A DNA stretch of 64,000 nucleotides, taken from IMG/VR virus record IMGVR_UViG_3300029258_001887, one strand, 5' to 3'. Below the pieces are notes generated by a model. The model made no database searches. It had not been told where the DNA came from and saw only the letters and a program-made list of their open reading frames with translations. The translations under genes and the position numbers were made by a program. Source of the DNA: a virus. Shown here piece by piece: positions 52,921 to 62,874 of this stretch (within the stretch, counting starts at the first letter, position 1; each line of letters opens with the position of its first letter).

Positions 52921-54768
52921 TTACATCAATTTTTGTATGTCGCGGATAATAAAACTGCCGTTCTTCTTCTGCCCGTAAATCAGACAGATCAAGTCATCCT
53001 TGCAAAATGCTTTCAGTCGTTCAAATACGTCAGGAAAAACAACCGCATGGTCGATTGAATAGGTCGAGTCGGATAGGGTCAAAAAGCACATCGGCTGACC
53101 CGGATTGCTTCCACGCTTGGTTTTTGTGTGCTTGACACCATCGATGATAGCACAAACTGCGATATCTTCGTTGTTGGGTGCCTTGGCAATCTCTAAGCAG
53201 GTGTGAGTCGCTAGACTGTCATCAGCGTCGTCTGCGGGAGAACACGACAGAGCTATCCCCAGGAAGTGCTTTTCTGCTGCCGCACTAGCCGTATTGCTGT
53301 CATCGAGGGGTGTTTCCAACATCGCTGCTTTGGCCGCTACTATTCTTCGTCGGGCATCGTTATTGCATGGTGGCTTCACTACCACATCTTGGTACCCATT
53401 CTGAACCATCAACTCTTCGATCTGTTTCTTGGTGCGATCCCCCAGAGTGTCCAGCCAAGCCTGCTTTTCTTCTGGGGACGTGTACACGAATTTACTGTCC
53501 CCGTCCACGATACCGTCGAACGCAGAACCGGCTTGGTCGAGATACCCGACCGCTGCGGCCACCAGTTCTTTCTTGACCATTTGGCCCATCGTCTTCGTTT
53601 TTTCGCCGGGGGGCTGGGCCATCTGAACTAGAATCTCTTGGGTGGTCATAGCACCCTGTTGTAACTGGTCGAAAAAGTACACTTTCTCTTTATTTGTCAA
53701 TCCTTTGACTTCAACTTTCTTGCCGGTGGCGTCGTGTGCGGTGGTGCCAAGAATGACTTCTAATTCTCGGACCATCTCGCTGCGACCCATTCCGTAGCAA
53801 TCACAGGCCCCCGATTTGATCAGGGCAATCCCAACATTCCTGTGGAAGTCTGGAACGGCTGCGAGGAAGCTGGCCCAAGTCTTCAGAGAGCCCGCTCCTG
53901 GCGTTGTAGAAGCCGCTGAGACGATCTTCTCGATGGCTGAGGCTCCGACACCCCTGACGTGCGCCAGGCCGAATGCTACGCCTTTCTGTGGTTCCTCGGT
54001 CATCTGGAAGTGGATGTTTCCACGGCGGATATCCGGGGGCAGAATGTCTACGCCGAACAGTCGGGCATCCTGTACCAGTTTATAAATTTCTTCCTTGGGA
54101 TCACCTTTGTACTGGGAGTAGGTGAGGTAGCTGGTGAAAAATTCGTGTGGGAAGTGGCACTTTAACCACGCGGTTTGGTAGGCGATCATCCCGTAGCTGA
54201 CGGCATGGCTTTTGTTAAACGAGTATCTCTGGCATTTTTCGATCCAGCCGAAGATTTCTTCTGCCACACCACGGGCAATATTCCCGTGCTCCTGAGCACC
54301 TTTGACGAATTTGTTCTTCAGCTTTGCCATGAGTTCCGGCTTTTTCTTGCCGATGGCCTTCCGAAGTTCGTCGGCACTCTCGGGGCTGAAACCAGCGATA
54401 TCTGTGGCGATACGGATGGCCTGCTCTTGGTAGACGAGGCAACCGTATGTGGGCTGGAGAATCGGCTTTAGAGATGGGTGTAGGTAGGATGGTTGCTTGC
54501 GACCGAATTTGATGTCAACGTAGTCTTGTGTCATCCCGGCCTCAAGTGGACCTGGACGGAGAAGGGCTGTGAGCGCAGCAAGTTCCTCTAGGCTATCAGG
54601 TCGGACTCTCTTGGCCCAATCCTGACCCAGTTTTTTTTCCAACTGGAAAACGCCCACCGTGTGGCCACCAGCGATCAGTCGCCATACAGCAGGACAATCC
54701 AGAGGGATATCGTTGATACTAAATTTACCCTTCTCGACATTGCACTTGCAATTGGTGAACTCGATCAT
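52921..54768 (-). CDS. dnaE: DNA polymerase III alpha, C-terminal part (fingers, HhH, OB)
   Basis: GVFQLE, ALLRPGP, TYGCLVYQEQ, RKAIGKK, YSFNKSHA, PPDI, C-terminal OB. Confidence 0.92.
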   Translation of the reverse strand: MIEFTNCKCNVEKGKFSINDIPLDCPAVWRLIAGGHTVGVFQLEKKLGQDWAKRVRPDSLEELAALTALLRPGPLEAGMTQDYVDIKFGRKQPSYLHPSLKPILQPTYGCLVYQEQAIRIATDIAGFSPESADELRKAIGKKKPELMAKLKNKFVKGAQEHGNIARGVAEEIFGWIEKCQRYSFNKSHAVSYGMIAYQTAWLKCHFPHEFFTSYLTYSQYKGDPKEEIYKLVQDARLFGVDILPPDIRRGNIHFQMTEEPQKGVAFGLAHVRGVGASAIEKIVSAASTTPGAGSLKTWASFLAAVPDFHRNVGIALIKSGACDCYGMGRSEMVRELEVILGTTAHDATGKKVEVKGLTNKEKVYFFDQLQQGAMTTQEILVQMAQPPGEKTKTMGQMVKKELVAAAVGYLDQAGSAFDGIVDGDSKFVYTSPEEKQAWLDTLGDRTKKQIEELMVQNGYQDVVVKPPCNNDARRRIVAAKAAMLETPLDDSNTASAAAEKHFLGIALSCSPADDADDSLATHTCLEIAKAPNNEDIAVCAIIDGVKHTKTKRGSNPGQPMCFLTLSDSTYSIDHAVVFPDVFERLKAFCKDDLICLIYGQKKNGSFIIRDIQKLM

Positions 54769-54773
54769 ACCTC

Positions 54774-54803
54774 ATTATACCTCTAAGTCGGTCAGTTGTT
54801 CCA
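54774..54803 (-). promoter_or_regulatory. Promoter TGGAAC-N18-TATAAT for dnaE C-part (likely leaderless mRNA)
   Basis: ATTATA 54774-54779, GTTCCA 54798-54803; 5 nt between -10 and ATG. Confidence 0.75.
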
Positions 54804-54808
54804 CAAAA

Positions 54809-55636
54809 TCAGAAATTTTCGTACGCGCGTGCGATTGCTGCAAGGATGCCACCGATCTGTGGGGACATGGCCGATAACTGTCGGAACAGAGGTGTCTTGA
54901 CAGCGGCCAAGATTTCTGGCTTATGGTTCCGATAACCTTTGGCACCCTGGAGTCCCCTGATGCCACCACATTCGGCCAGCCGAATATGCGTTCCATGATG
55001 GTTTGATGTTGCCAACGAGGGCCAGTATGTTTCCGATAGGTTGGCTGGTGGTTCCCCAAGGCTTGATTCCAAGACCATGTGCAGTAGGAGTTGTTCGTTG
55101 AAGCCCTGTTCAGGAAGGCGAATTTGACCGGCCTTGAGCATTGGGCGATACTTGTTAATCATGGGCCGCATCGCTGCGAACCATTCTCTTGGCTTGATGA
55201 CATGGATGCCGCTCATCCGTCTCGGCCCGGCCTGCGGCGGTCTGATGAAATTACTGTACGGGATTCCTAGCTGGTCACAATGTGCGAGATGCTGATCCAT
55301 GTACGGTGGAGTCTCAACATAGGTTGCCATATCGACATCGCCGATAGACATGCAGTCGTACTGTTCGAAGGCTGGCTCGAAGGTTAACCACCGGAGGCAT
55401 TTGATTGTATTGGCGTCCGTATGTGTGTATTCTGGAAAGGCTCGCTCTCGCACCTCGAAGTTGCCCGACAGCAAAGTGAGCATCTGGCGGATGTTGTCTG
55501 CCAATGCTACGTCAAGCAGCACAAGCTTGTGGGCTTTTGGGTATGCTCTGTTGAGGAAATACAGGAACCATGGGACATATTTTTGATATGGCCGGTTGGC
55601 TACTGTCATGAAGCACATCTTGCTTTCATCAGGCAT
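54809..55636 (-). CDS. Putative glycosyltransferase (DxD)
   Basis: IGDVD motif, NEQLL; cluster context. Confidence 0.55.
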   Translation of the reverse strand: MPDESKMCFMTVANRPYQKYVPWFLYFLNRAYPKAHKLVLLDVALADNIRQMLTLLSGNFEVRERAFPEYTHTDANTIKCLRWLTFEPAFEQYDCMSIGDVDMATYVETPPYMDQHLAHCDQLGIPYSNFIRPPQAGPRRMSGIHVIKPREWFAAMRPMINKYRPMLKAGQIRLPEQGFNEQLLLHMVLESSLGEPPANLSETYWPSLATSNHHGTHIRLAECGGIRGLQGAKGYRNHKPEILAAVKTPLFRQLSAMSPQIGGILAAIARAYENF

Positions 55637-56570
55637 TGGTTGTCCCCCTGTAATAATCTATGGCTCGTCGCATTCCCTCTTCGAAGCTGACAATGGGTTG
55701 GTATCCAAGCAGGGATTGTGCTAGTTGTATGTCGGCGCATGAATGCTTGATGTCTCCGGGGCGTTCTTCTGTGTAGTCCGCAATTCGCTGCATACCAAGT
55801 AGATCACAAATGATATCTATGACACGATTGACCGTGATCTGCCCACCACATGCAACGTTAACCGCTTCGCCGTGCGTCTCTTGTGCCATCATGGCGAGGA
55901 TGTTGCCTATTACAACATTGTCTATGTATGTGAAGTCTCGTGTTTGCTCGCCATCTCCGTAGACTGTTGGTGCTTGTCCTCGGAGTAGTAGGGTAACAAA
56001 CGCAGGGATGGCTGCTGCGTATTGACTGTTGGGGTCTTGTCTTTCGCCGAAAACATTGAAGTACCTCAGAGATACTGTCTGCAACCCATAGCACTCGTAG
56101 AACGCTTTGCAATATCGTTCTCCGGTGTACTTTTGTACCGCGTATGGGCTGAGTGGCATTGGACAAATGCCTTCGTGCTTGGGCGATTCTACCGTATCTC
56201 CGTATGCCGAACTGCTACCCGCATAAATGAATCTTTTGGCCCCACACCATTTGGCTGCTTTGAGCATATTGAATGTTCCGTTGATATTCACTGCGTGACT
56301 GGGATTGGGATTGTCTACTGACTTCGGAACAGATGGGATGGCCGCTTGGTGGAAGACATATTCGACCCCTTCGCACGCAATTTCGCACTGCTTCGGATCG
56401 CAAATGTCTCCATAGATGAAAGCTATTTGTTCTCGTACATCTTCTAGGTTGGTAAAATCGCCGGTAGAGAGATCATCTAGCACCCGCACCGTATGTCCAT
56501 CCTGGAGTAGTCTATGGACCAGATGCGATCCTATAAAACCGGCACCGCCCGTAACCAGCGTTACTGCCAT
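55629..56570 (-). CDS. NAD-dependent nucleotide-sugar epimerase/dehydratase (GalE/WbpP-like)
   Basis: TGGAGFIGSH; YAVQK; LRYFNVFG; GDGEQTRDF. Confidence 0.95.
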   Translation of the reverse strand: MAVTLVTGGAGFIGSHLVHRLLQDGHTVRVLDDLSTGDFTNLEDVREQIAFIYGDICDPKQCEIACEGVEYVFHQAAIPSVPKSVDNPNPSHAVNINGTFNMLKAAKWCGAKRFIYAGSSSAYGDTVESPKHEGICPMPLSPYAVQKYTGERYCKAFYECYGLQTVSLRYFNVFGERQDPNSQYAAAIPAFVTLLLRGQAPTVYGDGEQTRDFTYIDNVVIGNILAMMAQETHGEAVNVACGGQITVNRVIDIICDLLGMQRIADYTEERPGDIKHSCADIQLAQSLLGYQPIVSFEEGMRRAIDYYRGTTNA

Positions 56571-57310
56571 TAGCTTCCCACCGCCCTTCTGAACATTTGT
56601 CCGAGCAGAGATGGAGCTTCGAGCAGTTGTTGACGATTCATCCGCAGAACTGGGCTATTGTATTGCCTGAACATTTCGTGGAATAACATGCAGCCATATG
56701 CGTCGTTGCCGCAATACTTATCTATCGGTTCTTTCCCGTCGAACCTAAATGCTTCCCACGAGGCGATTGGCATCAGCAGCCGATGGTCGAGATGATGGTA
56801 CTTGCGCCCCTTGACAGCTTGTCTGACCGTACCCGGACCCAGCGACCCCCACTTGAAGATGTGTCCAGGTGGATGGAGACTCAAAGCGTACTCAATCAGA
56901 GATACGGCTTTGGTGATCGTCGCACCGCCTTTGGTGGACAAAAGGAATCCGCTTTCTGGCTGCCCCGGAGGGAGTGTCGGTGATGCTGTGGCGACCAAAT
57001 CGATTTCCCCCTGCAAGAGATCGGCCAATGGCTTGAGGCTTCTGAACAGTATCAGGTCGCTGTCCAGCCAGATGCCGCCGTGTTCTCTAAGCAGCATGTA
57101 TCTCAGGAAGTTGGACTTGTTGTTGATTTGAGCTATCTGGAAAAAGCTCTCTGGGATGCTGGGTAGAAACTGCCTTACGTTCTCTGTGGTTACAATATTG
57201 ATTTCAAAATCCTCTCCACAATGCTTGCGGATAGTTTCCCAGCATAGCTGTATGTATGCTGGTGCTTCTGTCCGTCCTGGCGGATTGTCCCAGTATAGCC
57301 AAATATGCAT
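56570..57310 (-). CDS. GT32/capsular polysaccharide synthesis-like glycosyltransferase
   Basis: IWLYW; SNFLRY.LL..HGGIWLDSD; GSLGP. Confidence 0.85.
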   Translation of the reverse strand: MHIWLYWDNPPGRTEAPAYIQLCWETIRKHCGEDFEINIVTTENVRQFLPSIPESFFQIAQINNKSNFLRYMLLREHGGIWLDSDLILFRSLKPLADLLQGEIDLVATASPTLPPGQPESGFLLSTKGGATITKAVSLIEYALSLHPPGHIFKWGSLGPGTVRQAVKGRKYHHLDHRLLMPIASWEAFRFDGKEPIDKYCGNDAYGCMLFHEMFRQYNSPVLRMNRQQLLEAPSLLGQMFRRAVGS

Positions 57311-57319
57311 TCTCTTCTC

Positions 57320-57895
57320 CTAACTGACTACCGAAAACAGCACCATGTGTCTGTGGTCCCCCATATAGACATGGACGTTGTTGATGCCCTCGGCCTTTAT
57401 TCGCTCTCGAAGTTCCTTTTCTTTGTGCTGCTGCGAAGGACTTTTCCTTACGTCGAAATCAACAAAGGTGGCTTTAACCTTCCTGTATTCACCCGTATCT
57501 AATAGGTCGCTGATAATATCGCATTCGCTACCTTCGCAATTCAACTTCAAGAACACTTCGTCATCTTCCGACATGTTCTCTCGGAACCAATCTGACGCCT
57601 TGACAAAACGACATCGCGTCACACGAGGCTCCGGGTTGCAGGTTGTTTGATAGTCGGCGTGTACTGTACCCCCTTGACTGCCTTCGTTGTGCAAGTCCAT
57701 CTCACACTCACTTGACCATAGACCGACCTTGACAATCGTCACCTTCGGGTTGGTTCCGAACTTGCGATCCAAGATATCGTGACACAAGGGCGATGGGTCA
57801 AATCCGAAGATGTGATCCACCTTGAATCTGGGTCTAAGTAGAAGTTCGATTGTCTGCCCATGATGGGCACCTATGTCCAGAAAGATACGCTTCAT
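57320..57895 (-). CDS. FkbM-family methyltransferase
   Basis: FLDIGAHHG; LKLNCEGSE. Confidence 0.85.
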   Translation of the reverse strand: MKRIFLDIGAHHGQTIELLLRPRFKVDHIFGFDPSPLCHDILDRKFGTNPKVTIVKVGLWSSECEMDLHNEGSQGGTVHADYQTTCNPEPRVTRCRFVKASDWFRENMSEDDEVFLKLNCEGSECDIISDLLDTGEYRKVKATFVDFDVRKSPSQQHKEKELRERIKAEGINNVHVYMGDHRHMVLFSVVS

Positions 57896-57896
57896 T

Positions 57897-58742
57897 CTAC
57901 TTCCTCCAGTCTGTGTAAACAAAGCGGGCCAAAAAACAATCGTCGTGGATGTGGAAGGCGAATTTCAGTTTCGGGAGTAATCCTGTGACCCTCAATTGTT
58001 TGAGTGCAAATTCATGATTGGAAGGAACACCTTGCCGCAGAAAGGTACCAAGATTGTCGTACAAATCGCCGAACTTGTCCATAATTTCAGAGCCGCCGAA
58101 GAACCAATAGTCTGCCAGTGCCGGGTAATGTGGGTCATGTGGGTATCCAATATGAACATGCCTGAGTGTTGGATCATTCTTCTTGTTCCATCCGTGGAAG
58201 AACCAATCTTCGTGTCTGATACCATGCCCATTTGGAAGCTTCATGACACACCAGTTGGATGCATAGAAGTGGTTCGGGTCAAACTTGCTGAAATAGACAT
58301 CCACCATCCATGCAACATCGAAGCGGCCAATCATTACCATGTCGTATCGAAAGCCATGTTCCTCTTCGTATTGCCGTTTGAGGTGCATACACTTTTGAAC
58401 GCTGTACCATCGGGCGGCGGTAATCTGAGTTTTGGATGTTTCGCCATCCGGGTAACCTACGTCCACCTTGCCCCCAACGAAACTGAATTTGGGGTCTGGT
58501 TCAAAGATCGCTGCCTTGGGTTGGTAAGCATCCCTTAGTTCTTGCTCCACTTGGACACTTGGGGTGTGCATGAAAACATCCACCTGATCATTCTTGCTAA
58601 ATAGATGTCGTTGATAGTGTTCTAGCCCCTTGGTCCATTCCACCGGAGTTCTTTTGCCGTTATGTCCGTTCCACATTTGGCCACCCACGACCTTCTTGCC
58701 TGGGTGCATTGCCATTCCACTCAAACAAAGTGCGACTCTCAT
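57897..58742 (-). CDS. Putative glycosyltransferase
   Basis: MRVALCLSG..DVFMH..YD.V..RFD..D.WFFG. Confidence 0.65.
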   Translation of the reverse strand: MRVALCLSGMAMHPGKKVVGGQMWNGHNGKRTPVEWTKGLEHYQRHLFSKNDQVDVFMHTPSVQVEQELRDAYQPKAAIFEPDPKFSFVGGKVDVGYPDGETSKTQITAARWYSVQKCMHLKRQYEEEHGFRYDMVMIGRFDVAWMVDVYFSKFDPNHFYASNWCVMKLPNGHGIRHEDWFFHGWNKKNDPTLRHVHIGYPHDPHYPALADYWFFGGSEIMDKFGDLYDNLGTFLRQGVPSNHEFALKQLRVTGLLPKLKFAFHIHDDCFLARFVYTDWRK

Positions 58743-58751
58743 GCGATCCTC

Positions 58752-59345
58752 CTACTCCAAGACGCGGACTATCTTGCGCTCTTCGCCAGATGGTGTATGA
58801 TCGACAAATGGTACAATTTCACAGCGACGACCGAATGCTGCTACCCATTCGTTGAACGCTCGCTGTTCATGATCATCATACTGAGCATCGTGTTTGTAGA
58901 ACCATTCGTCGAAGACGATGATCGTGCCCTCGACGATGTAGTCGTTCAAGGCCCACAACACCTCTTTGGCAGAGCTATAGAGGTCAGAATCAACGTGCAA
59001 TAACGCAATTGGTTGTGCTACTTTGAGATGGTCTGGCAATGTATCCGAAAACCATCCGGCGTAGAACTTTACATTTGGAACATTGGGGATAACACCGTTG
59101 GTCGAAAAGTATTCTGGTGGAACCACAACGACCCCGTGCTTGTCTATCCAAGCCTCTGGTAGTCCCACGAATGAGTCAAACCCAAATACCTGGAATGAAT
59201 CATCTAGTGTCTGTCGTATAACCCTGATTGTCTCACCACGACAAACACCAAATTCCAAGACGTGCTTGTACCTGCTATCCAACAACGTTAGTCCATGCTG
59301 TAGGCTAGAGCGTATCACGGCCACACCTTTCTTTGTATGTTTCAA
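58752..59345 (-). CDS. TylF-like O-methyltransferase
   Basis: LEFGV..G; GFDSF.GLP; GWF.DTL; HVDSDLYSS; IVFDE (start uncertain). Confidence 0.85.
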   Translation of the reverse strand: MKHTKKGVAVIRSSLQHGLTLLDSRYKHVLEFGVCRGETIRVIRQTLDDSFQVFGFDSFVGLPEAWIDKHGVVVVPPEYFSTNGVIPNVPNVKFYAGWFSDTLPDHLKVAQPIALLHVDSDLYSSAKEVLWALNDYIVEGTIIVFDEWFYKHDAQYDDHEQRAFNEWVAAFGRRCEIVPFVDHTPSGEERKIVRVLE

Positions 59346-59973
59346 ACAACTGGCTGAAACTAGCCAGAAATTCCTGGTCCTCCGTTGAGACTTCGAATGG
59401 TTGGTTGTTTAGAGGGTGCCAGCCCACTGTTTTAGTTACTGGGTCCAGAGATTTTCTTTTCCATCCCAACCGTTGCTGAACACTGTCCAAAACAACTTCC
59501 TGATCCTGTTGCATCTGTTCGTATGTGATAGTCCAATCTGCGTATGTTAACCAAAACATGTTGGTCAATAGCCACAGTTCGGGTGGCGTTGCTAATTGAT
59601 CTTGTATCCAACTTCTCCTGGGTTGAGATACGATCTTGTCGTCGAAGTAGATTTTGCATTTACCAATCACTCTTGGCATCTTCCTGTATGGCGTTCGGAT
59701 GAAATCCGAGAAGTCAGCCAGCTTGATACCATTACGTTCTCTCATTCTGAACACAGACATCAAAACAGGTTGTATGCTGCGACTACAGTGGAGGATGTGA
59801 GCACGCTTATAATGCTCTCGTATCTCTGTGTCGAACTTGTGGCCACCAAACATATCCATATACTTGGTATACGGAGTGACAAAACTATCGAAGATAGTTC
59901 TAAGCACCCAATGTGTTCCACTGCGTGGGTGAGTCACTAGCCGCAATCTGTCTTTCTTAAATTTCCGTGCCAC
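59305..59973 (-). CDS. Sulfotransferase family protein
   Basis: PAPS-binding PRSGTHW; R......S; ITYEQM. Confidence 0.75.
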   Translation of the reverse strand: MARKFKKDRLRLVTHPRSGTHWVLRTIFDSFVTPYTKYMDMFGGHKFDTEIREHYKRAHILHCSRSIQPVLMSVFRMRERNGIKLADFSDFIRTPYRKMPRVIGKCKIYFDDKIVSQPRRSWIQDQLATPPELWLLTNMFWLTYADWTITYEQMQQDQEVVLDSVQQRLGWKRKSLDPVTKTVGWHPLNNQPFEVSTEDQEFLASFSQLFETYKERCGRDTL

Positions 59974-61543
59974 TGTTTTCCTCCAAGAGATTGTGCAACA
60001 TCAACTTACCAAGGTGGAACAACATCTCGGCGTATGGTTGGTGATGCAATGCTGCGATATTTAGATATATCAGTGCTGTCAACACCTTGACCTTGTGACA
60101 ATCATAATGATGCCGTGTCAAATATCGTTGTAACCATGTTTCACAATCGATGAGAATTTGTCGCCTCAGAAAATCGAAGTTGACTGTAGTTCCATCGATA
60201 TCTATTTCGTATAAACCACGGTGGATAATGCCGTGAGAAACTATCAGGCCATGCCACAGTTTTGCCAGATCGTAGTATATGTCGCCATAGTCACTGAGTC
60301 CACCAAAGTTCTGTCGCCAGTCGAGCAAGCTGAAGGCACTGCCTGTGTCGATCGTGTTCTCGAAGTGGAGATCACCATGAAAGCGAACCGGAATACCTTC
60401 GGATATCCATGTCCAATCGACATGTTCCAGCAACTCTGCCGCAGATGGTACATTCACTCCGTTAATGCACTGCGCCGAATCCTCGTATCCGAATCGGTCG
60501 AAATAAGCCTGCACTCGTTGAATGGTTTTGTCTTGGTAGAATTTGCGGTATGCCTCTCTTACCTCCACAGTCAATAATTGTCTATCACCCCATAGTCCCT
60601 CCAGCCACGCCAAAAACTCTTTGAACCGCAGCATGGTAACTGTGTCGGATAGCACCCTACCCTCAACCATAGGATAACAATACATGTTGGCGGTGCTGCC
60701 CTCAATTTCGGGGACGTATCCATCGAGCGAAGTCTTGGCCCTGGCAACTCTTTGAGCAATGAAATCCCGATCTGTTGAGAACTTCACCACCCTACCATTG
60801 CAGAACCATATATGCTCCTGAGCCTTCGGTAGAATATTGGGATCATCTTCTGTCCCGAACACCTGATTAGCGTACGACAGGGCCTCTACTGTCCCTGTAT
60901 CGTACCATGTGAACTTGACACCCTTGACCGACTGTTGCTTGACCATCGAAGCCAGGGCAAATGACTCCCCCTGGTTCGTCGTGCCCTCTTGGAGCGCTCT
61001 ATCCATAGCCGCCCAGAAGGCTTTGTAGTCGTTGACGCCGCAGATGCCAATGTACGCCTTCGCCTCTGGGTGGACCCCCTTTTCCCCCAAGTCCTTGACA
61101 ACGGTATCATCCCACGAGTCAGCTACGACAGAACGATAATCGTTACCAGCCCGAATGTCTGCATATCCTATCCAGTCATGATCGGGGCGAGGGATACTTT
61201 CTGTGACGATAGCGTCGTTGGTAAAGAAGATGAATGGACATTGCAACACATCTCGGTAGTCGCATAAATCTGCGGTTAGACCTTTTCGGTTAGCCCAGAT
61301 GAATGTGAAATTGCGATCTGGGTATGCTAGCGTGAGAAACTCTTGGACCAATTCCCCCTTGTGTCCCAGGTCGATGATGAGTTCCACATCTGGCGGAAAC
61401 TTCTCGACAATGTAGGAAATAATTGGACGGTTGGCCACAGGAACCAATGTCTTGTTAACATGGTCACAGTGGTTTCCCAATCGAGAACCTACTCCAGCGG
61501 TTGGAACTAGAACTTTGTACGACTTATTTTCTTCCGTAGTCAT
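59957..61543 (-). CDS. Nucleotidyltransferase fused to APH/choline-kinase-like phosphotransferase
   Basis: PTAGVGSRL..NKTL; WYDTG; HGDLHFEN, LLDWR, YYDLAK. Confidence 0.85.
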   Translation of the reverse strand: MTTEENKSYKVLVPTAGVGSRLGNHCDHVNKTLVPVANRPIISYIVEKFPPDVELIIDLGHKGELVQEFLTLAYPDRNFTFIWANRKGLTADLCDYRDVLQCPFIFFTNDAIVTESIPRPDHDWIGYADIRAGNDYRSVVADSWDDTVVKDLGEKGVHPEAKAYIGICGVNDYKAFWAAMDRALQEGTTNQGESFALASMVKQQSVKGVKFTWYDTGTVEALSYANQVFGTEDDPNILPKAQEHIWFCNGRVVKFSTDRDFIAQRVARAKTSLDGYVPEIEGSTANMYCYPMVEGRVLSDTVTMLRFKEFLAWLEGLWGDRQLLTVEVREAYRKFYQDKTIQRVQAYFDRFGYEDSAQCINGVNVPSAAELLEHVDWTWISEGIPVRFHGDLHFENTIDTGSAFSLLDWRQNFGGLSDYGDIYYDLAKLWHGLIVSHGIIHRGLYEIDIDGTTVNFDFLRRQILIDCETWLQRYLTRHHYDCHKVKVLTALIYLNIAALHHQPYAEMLFHLGKLMLHNLLEENSGTEI

Positions 61544-61871
61544 CGCTCACCCTTATAACATCGTCTTGCTCTGGAGTAGACGCTTCTAGATAAATAGTAT
61601 CAGTTATCCCATACATACGGTGTGTTCTGCCTGCGGGAATTGTATAATGTTCTCCTGGCATTAATTGTATATCTTCCCAGATAGAATCTGAACCAGAAAA
61701 ATTAGTAGTAACGATTAGTATTCCACTTATTACTATAATAGTCTCGGTTTTGCGTTCATGATATTGTAAACTACAACGATTTCCAGCTTTCATAAATAAG
61801 CGCTTTACCATATAATTATTATTTACTTCTAACATTTCTTCCCTACCCCATGGCTTTTCAACGACTTTCAT
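61524..61871 (-). CDS. Cupin (mannose-6-phosphate isomerase type II-like)
   Basis: KPWG; SLQYH..K.E; HRM; EAST..D..R..DDYGR. Confidence 0.85.
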   Translation of the reverse strand: MKVVEKPWGREEMLEVNNNYMVKRLFMKAGNRCSLQYHERKTETIIVISGILIVTTNFSGSDSIWEDIQLMPGEHYTIPAGRTHRMYGITDTIYLEASTPEQDDVIRVSDDYGRK

Positions 61872-62874
61872 TATCCCCCTCCAAAGCAAAAAGGTAGTGT
61901 TCGATGACCTTGGTTACTTCGTGGATAATTCCTTCGCGGACACTGATCTCTTTGGATAGCTGGTCGGCAAGTTCCTTGTATGCCGGTCCATTGAAGTGAT
62001 AGTGTCCCGCAACGAGTACGACCAACATCTGTTGTAGGGCATGGGACGCATTGACCCACTTTTTCCATCGGCCACCTTCGGTTACCTCATCGACAAATGG
62101 CTGTGTGTCTATCCCATATAGCAATGCCTGGGAAAGAATGTAGTTTGTCTGCACCACCCCAAGTTGCGGAGCTATGTTGACAGCATCTACAATCCCACGC
62201 CGTAGTTCTAGTTGTTCGCGGCTCAGATAATCGGCATTGTGTTCCTTGAGCTTGACCCCACACCCAGAGATTGCCCGATACATCTCGCCGACAGCATTGG
62301 CGTCAAATGTTCCTGTGTTGTGTGCTTCTCTGACGAGACTACCTGTTTGCACGACGTAGAAGACAGGGGTGGCGACCTGTTGGCACGCACGGACCCCAGC
62401 GACTATCTTGCCTGTGTCGGTCTCTGTGACGCCCACATTCTCATCGGTGCCGATCTCGAACATGACATTCGGGTTGATACCCAGAGCGAATTGCATCAAC
62501 TCGGTTGTGAGGCGTATCTTCTGATCGTGTTCAACCTGCATGTGGCACAGGTCTAAATGAATCAAATCAAAACCGTTCTCCAAATCACACCGGATGGTCC
62601 GTCGTGTTTGATCCAGGTCGTGTTCGGGTTTCAGTCCGAATCCAGGCCCACAATGGTCTCGGCATATTACAACGTTAGCTTGCGGATATGATCTGCGCAA
62701 ATGATCAATATACTCTGTGTATTGTGGGGTCGTGAATACGTATCCATGATCAGCGTCTACCTGATTGCGCGAACAGATGAGCATTAGTTGTACGCCAAAC
62801 TTGTGGGAATAGCGAAAAACCGCTTCGATGACTTCATTGCTCATTGGCCCGCACGCCAGACTAGATGTCAACAT
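61858..62874 (-). CDS. GatZ/KbaZ-like class II aldolase-family protein
   Basis: SRNQVD..GY; RDHCGP; GFDLIHLD; EIGTDE; KEHNADY; NIAP. Confidence 0.75.
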   Translation of the reverse strand: MLTSSLACGPMSNEVIEAVFRYSHKFGVQLMLICSRNQVDADHGYVFTTPQYTEYIDHLRRSYPQANVVICRDHCGPGFGLKPEHDLDQTRRTIRCDLENGFDLIHLDLCHMQVEHDQKIRLTTELMQFALGINPNVMFEIGTDENVGVTETDTGKIVAGVRACQQVATPVFYVVQTGSLVREAHNTGTFDANAVGEMYRAISGCGVKLKEHNADYLSREQLELRRGIVDAVNIAPQLGVVQTNYILSQALLYGIDTQPFVDEVTEGGRWKKWVNASHALQQMLVVLVAGHYHFNGPAYKELADQLSKEISVREGIIHEVTKVIEHYLFALEGDNESR

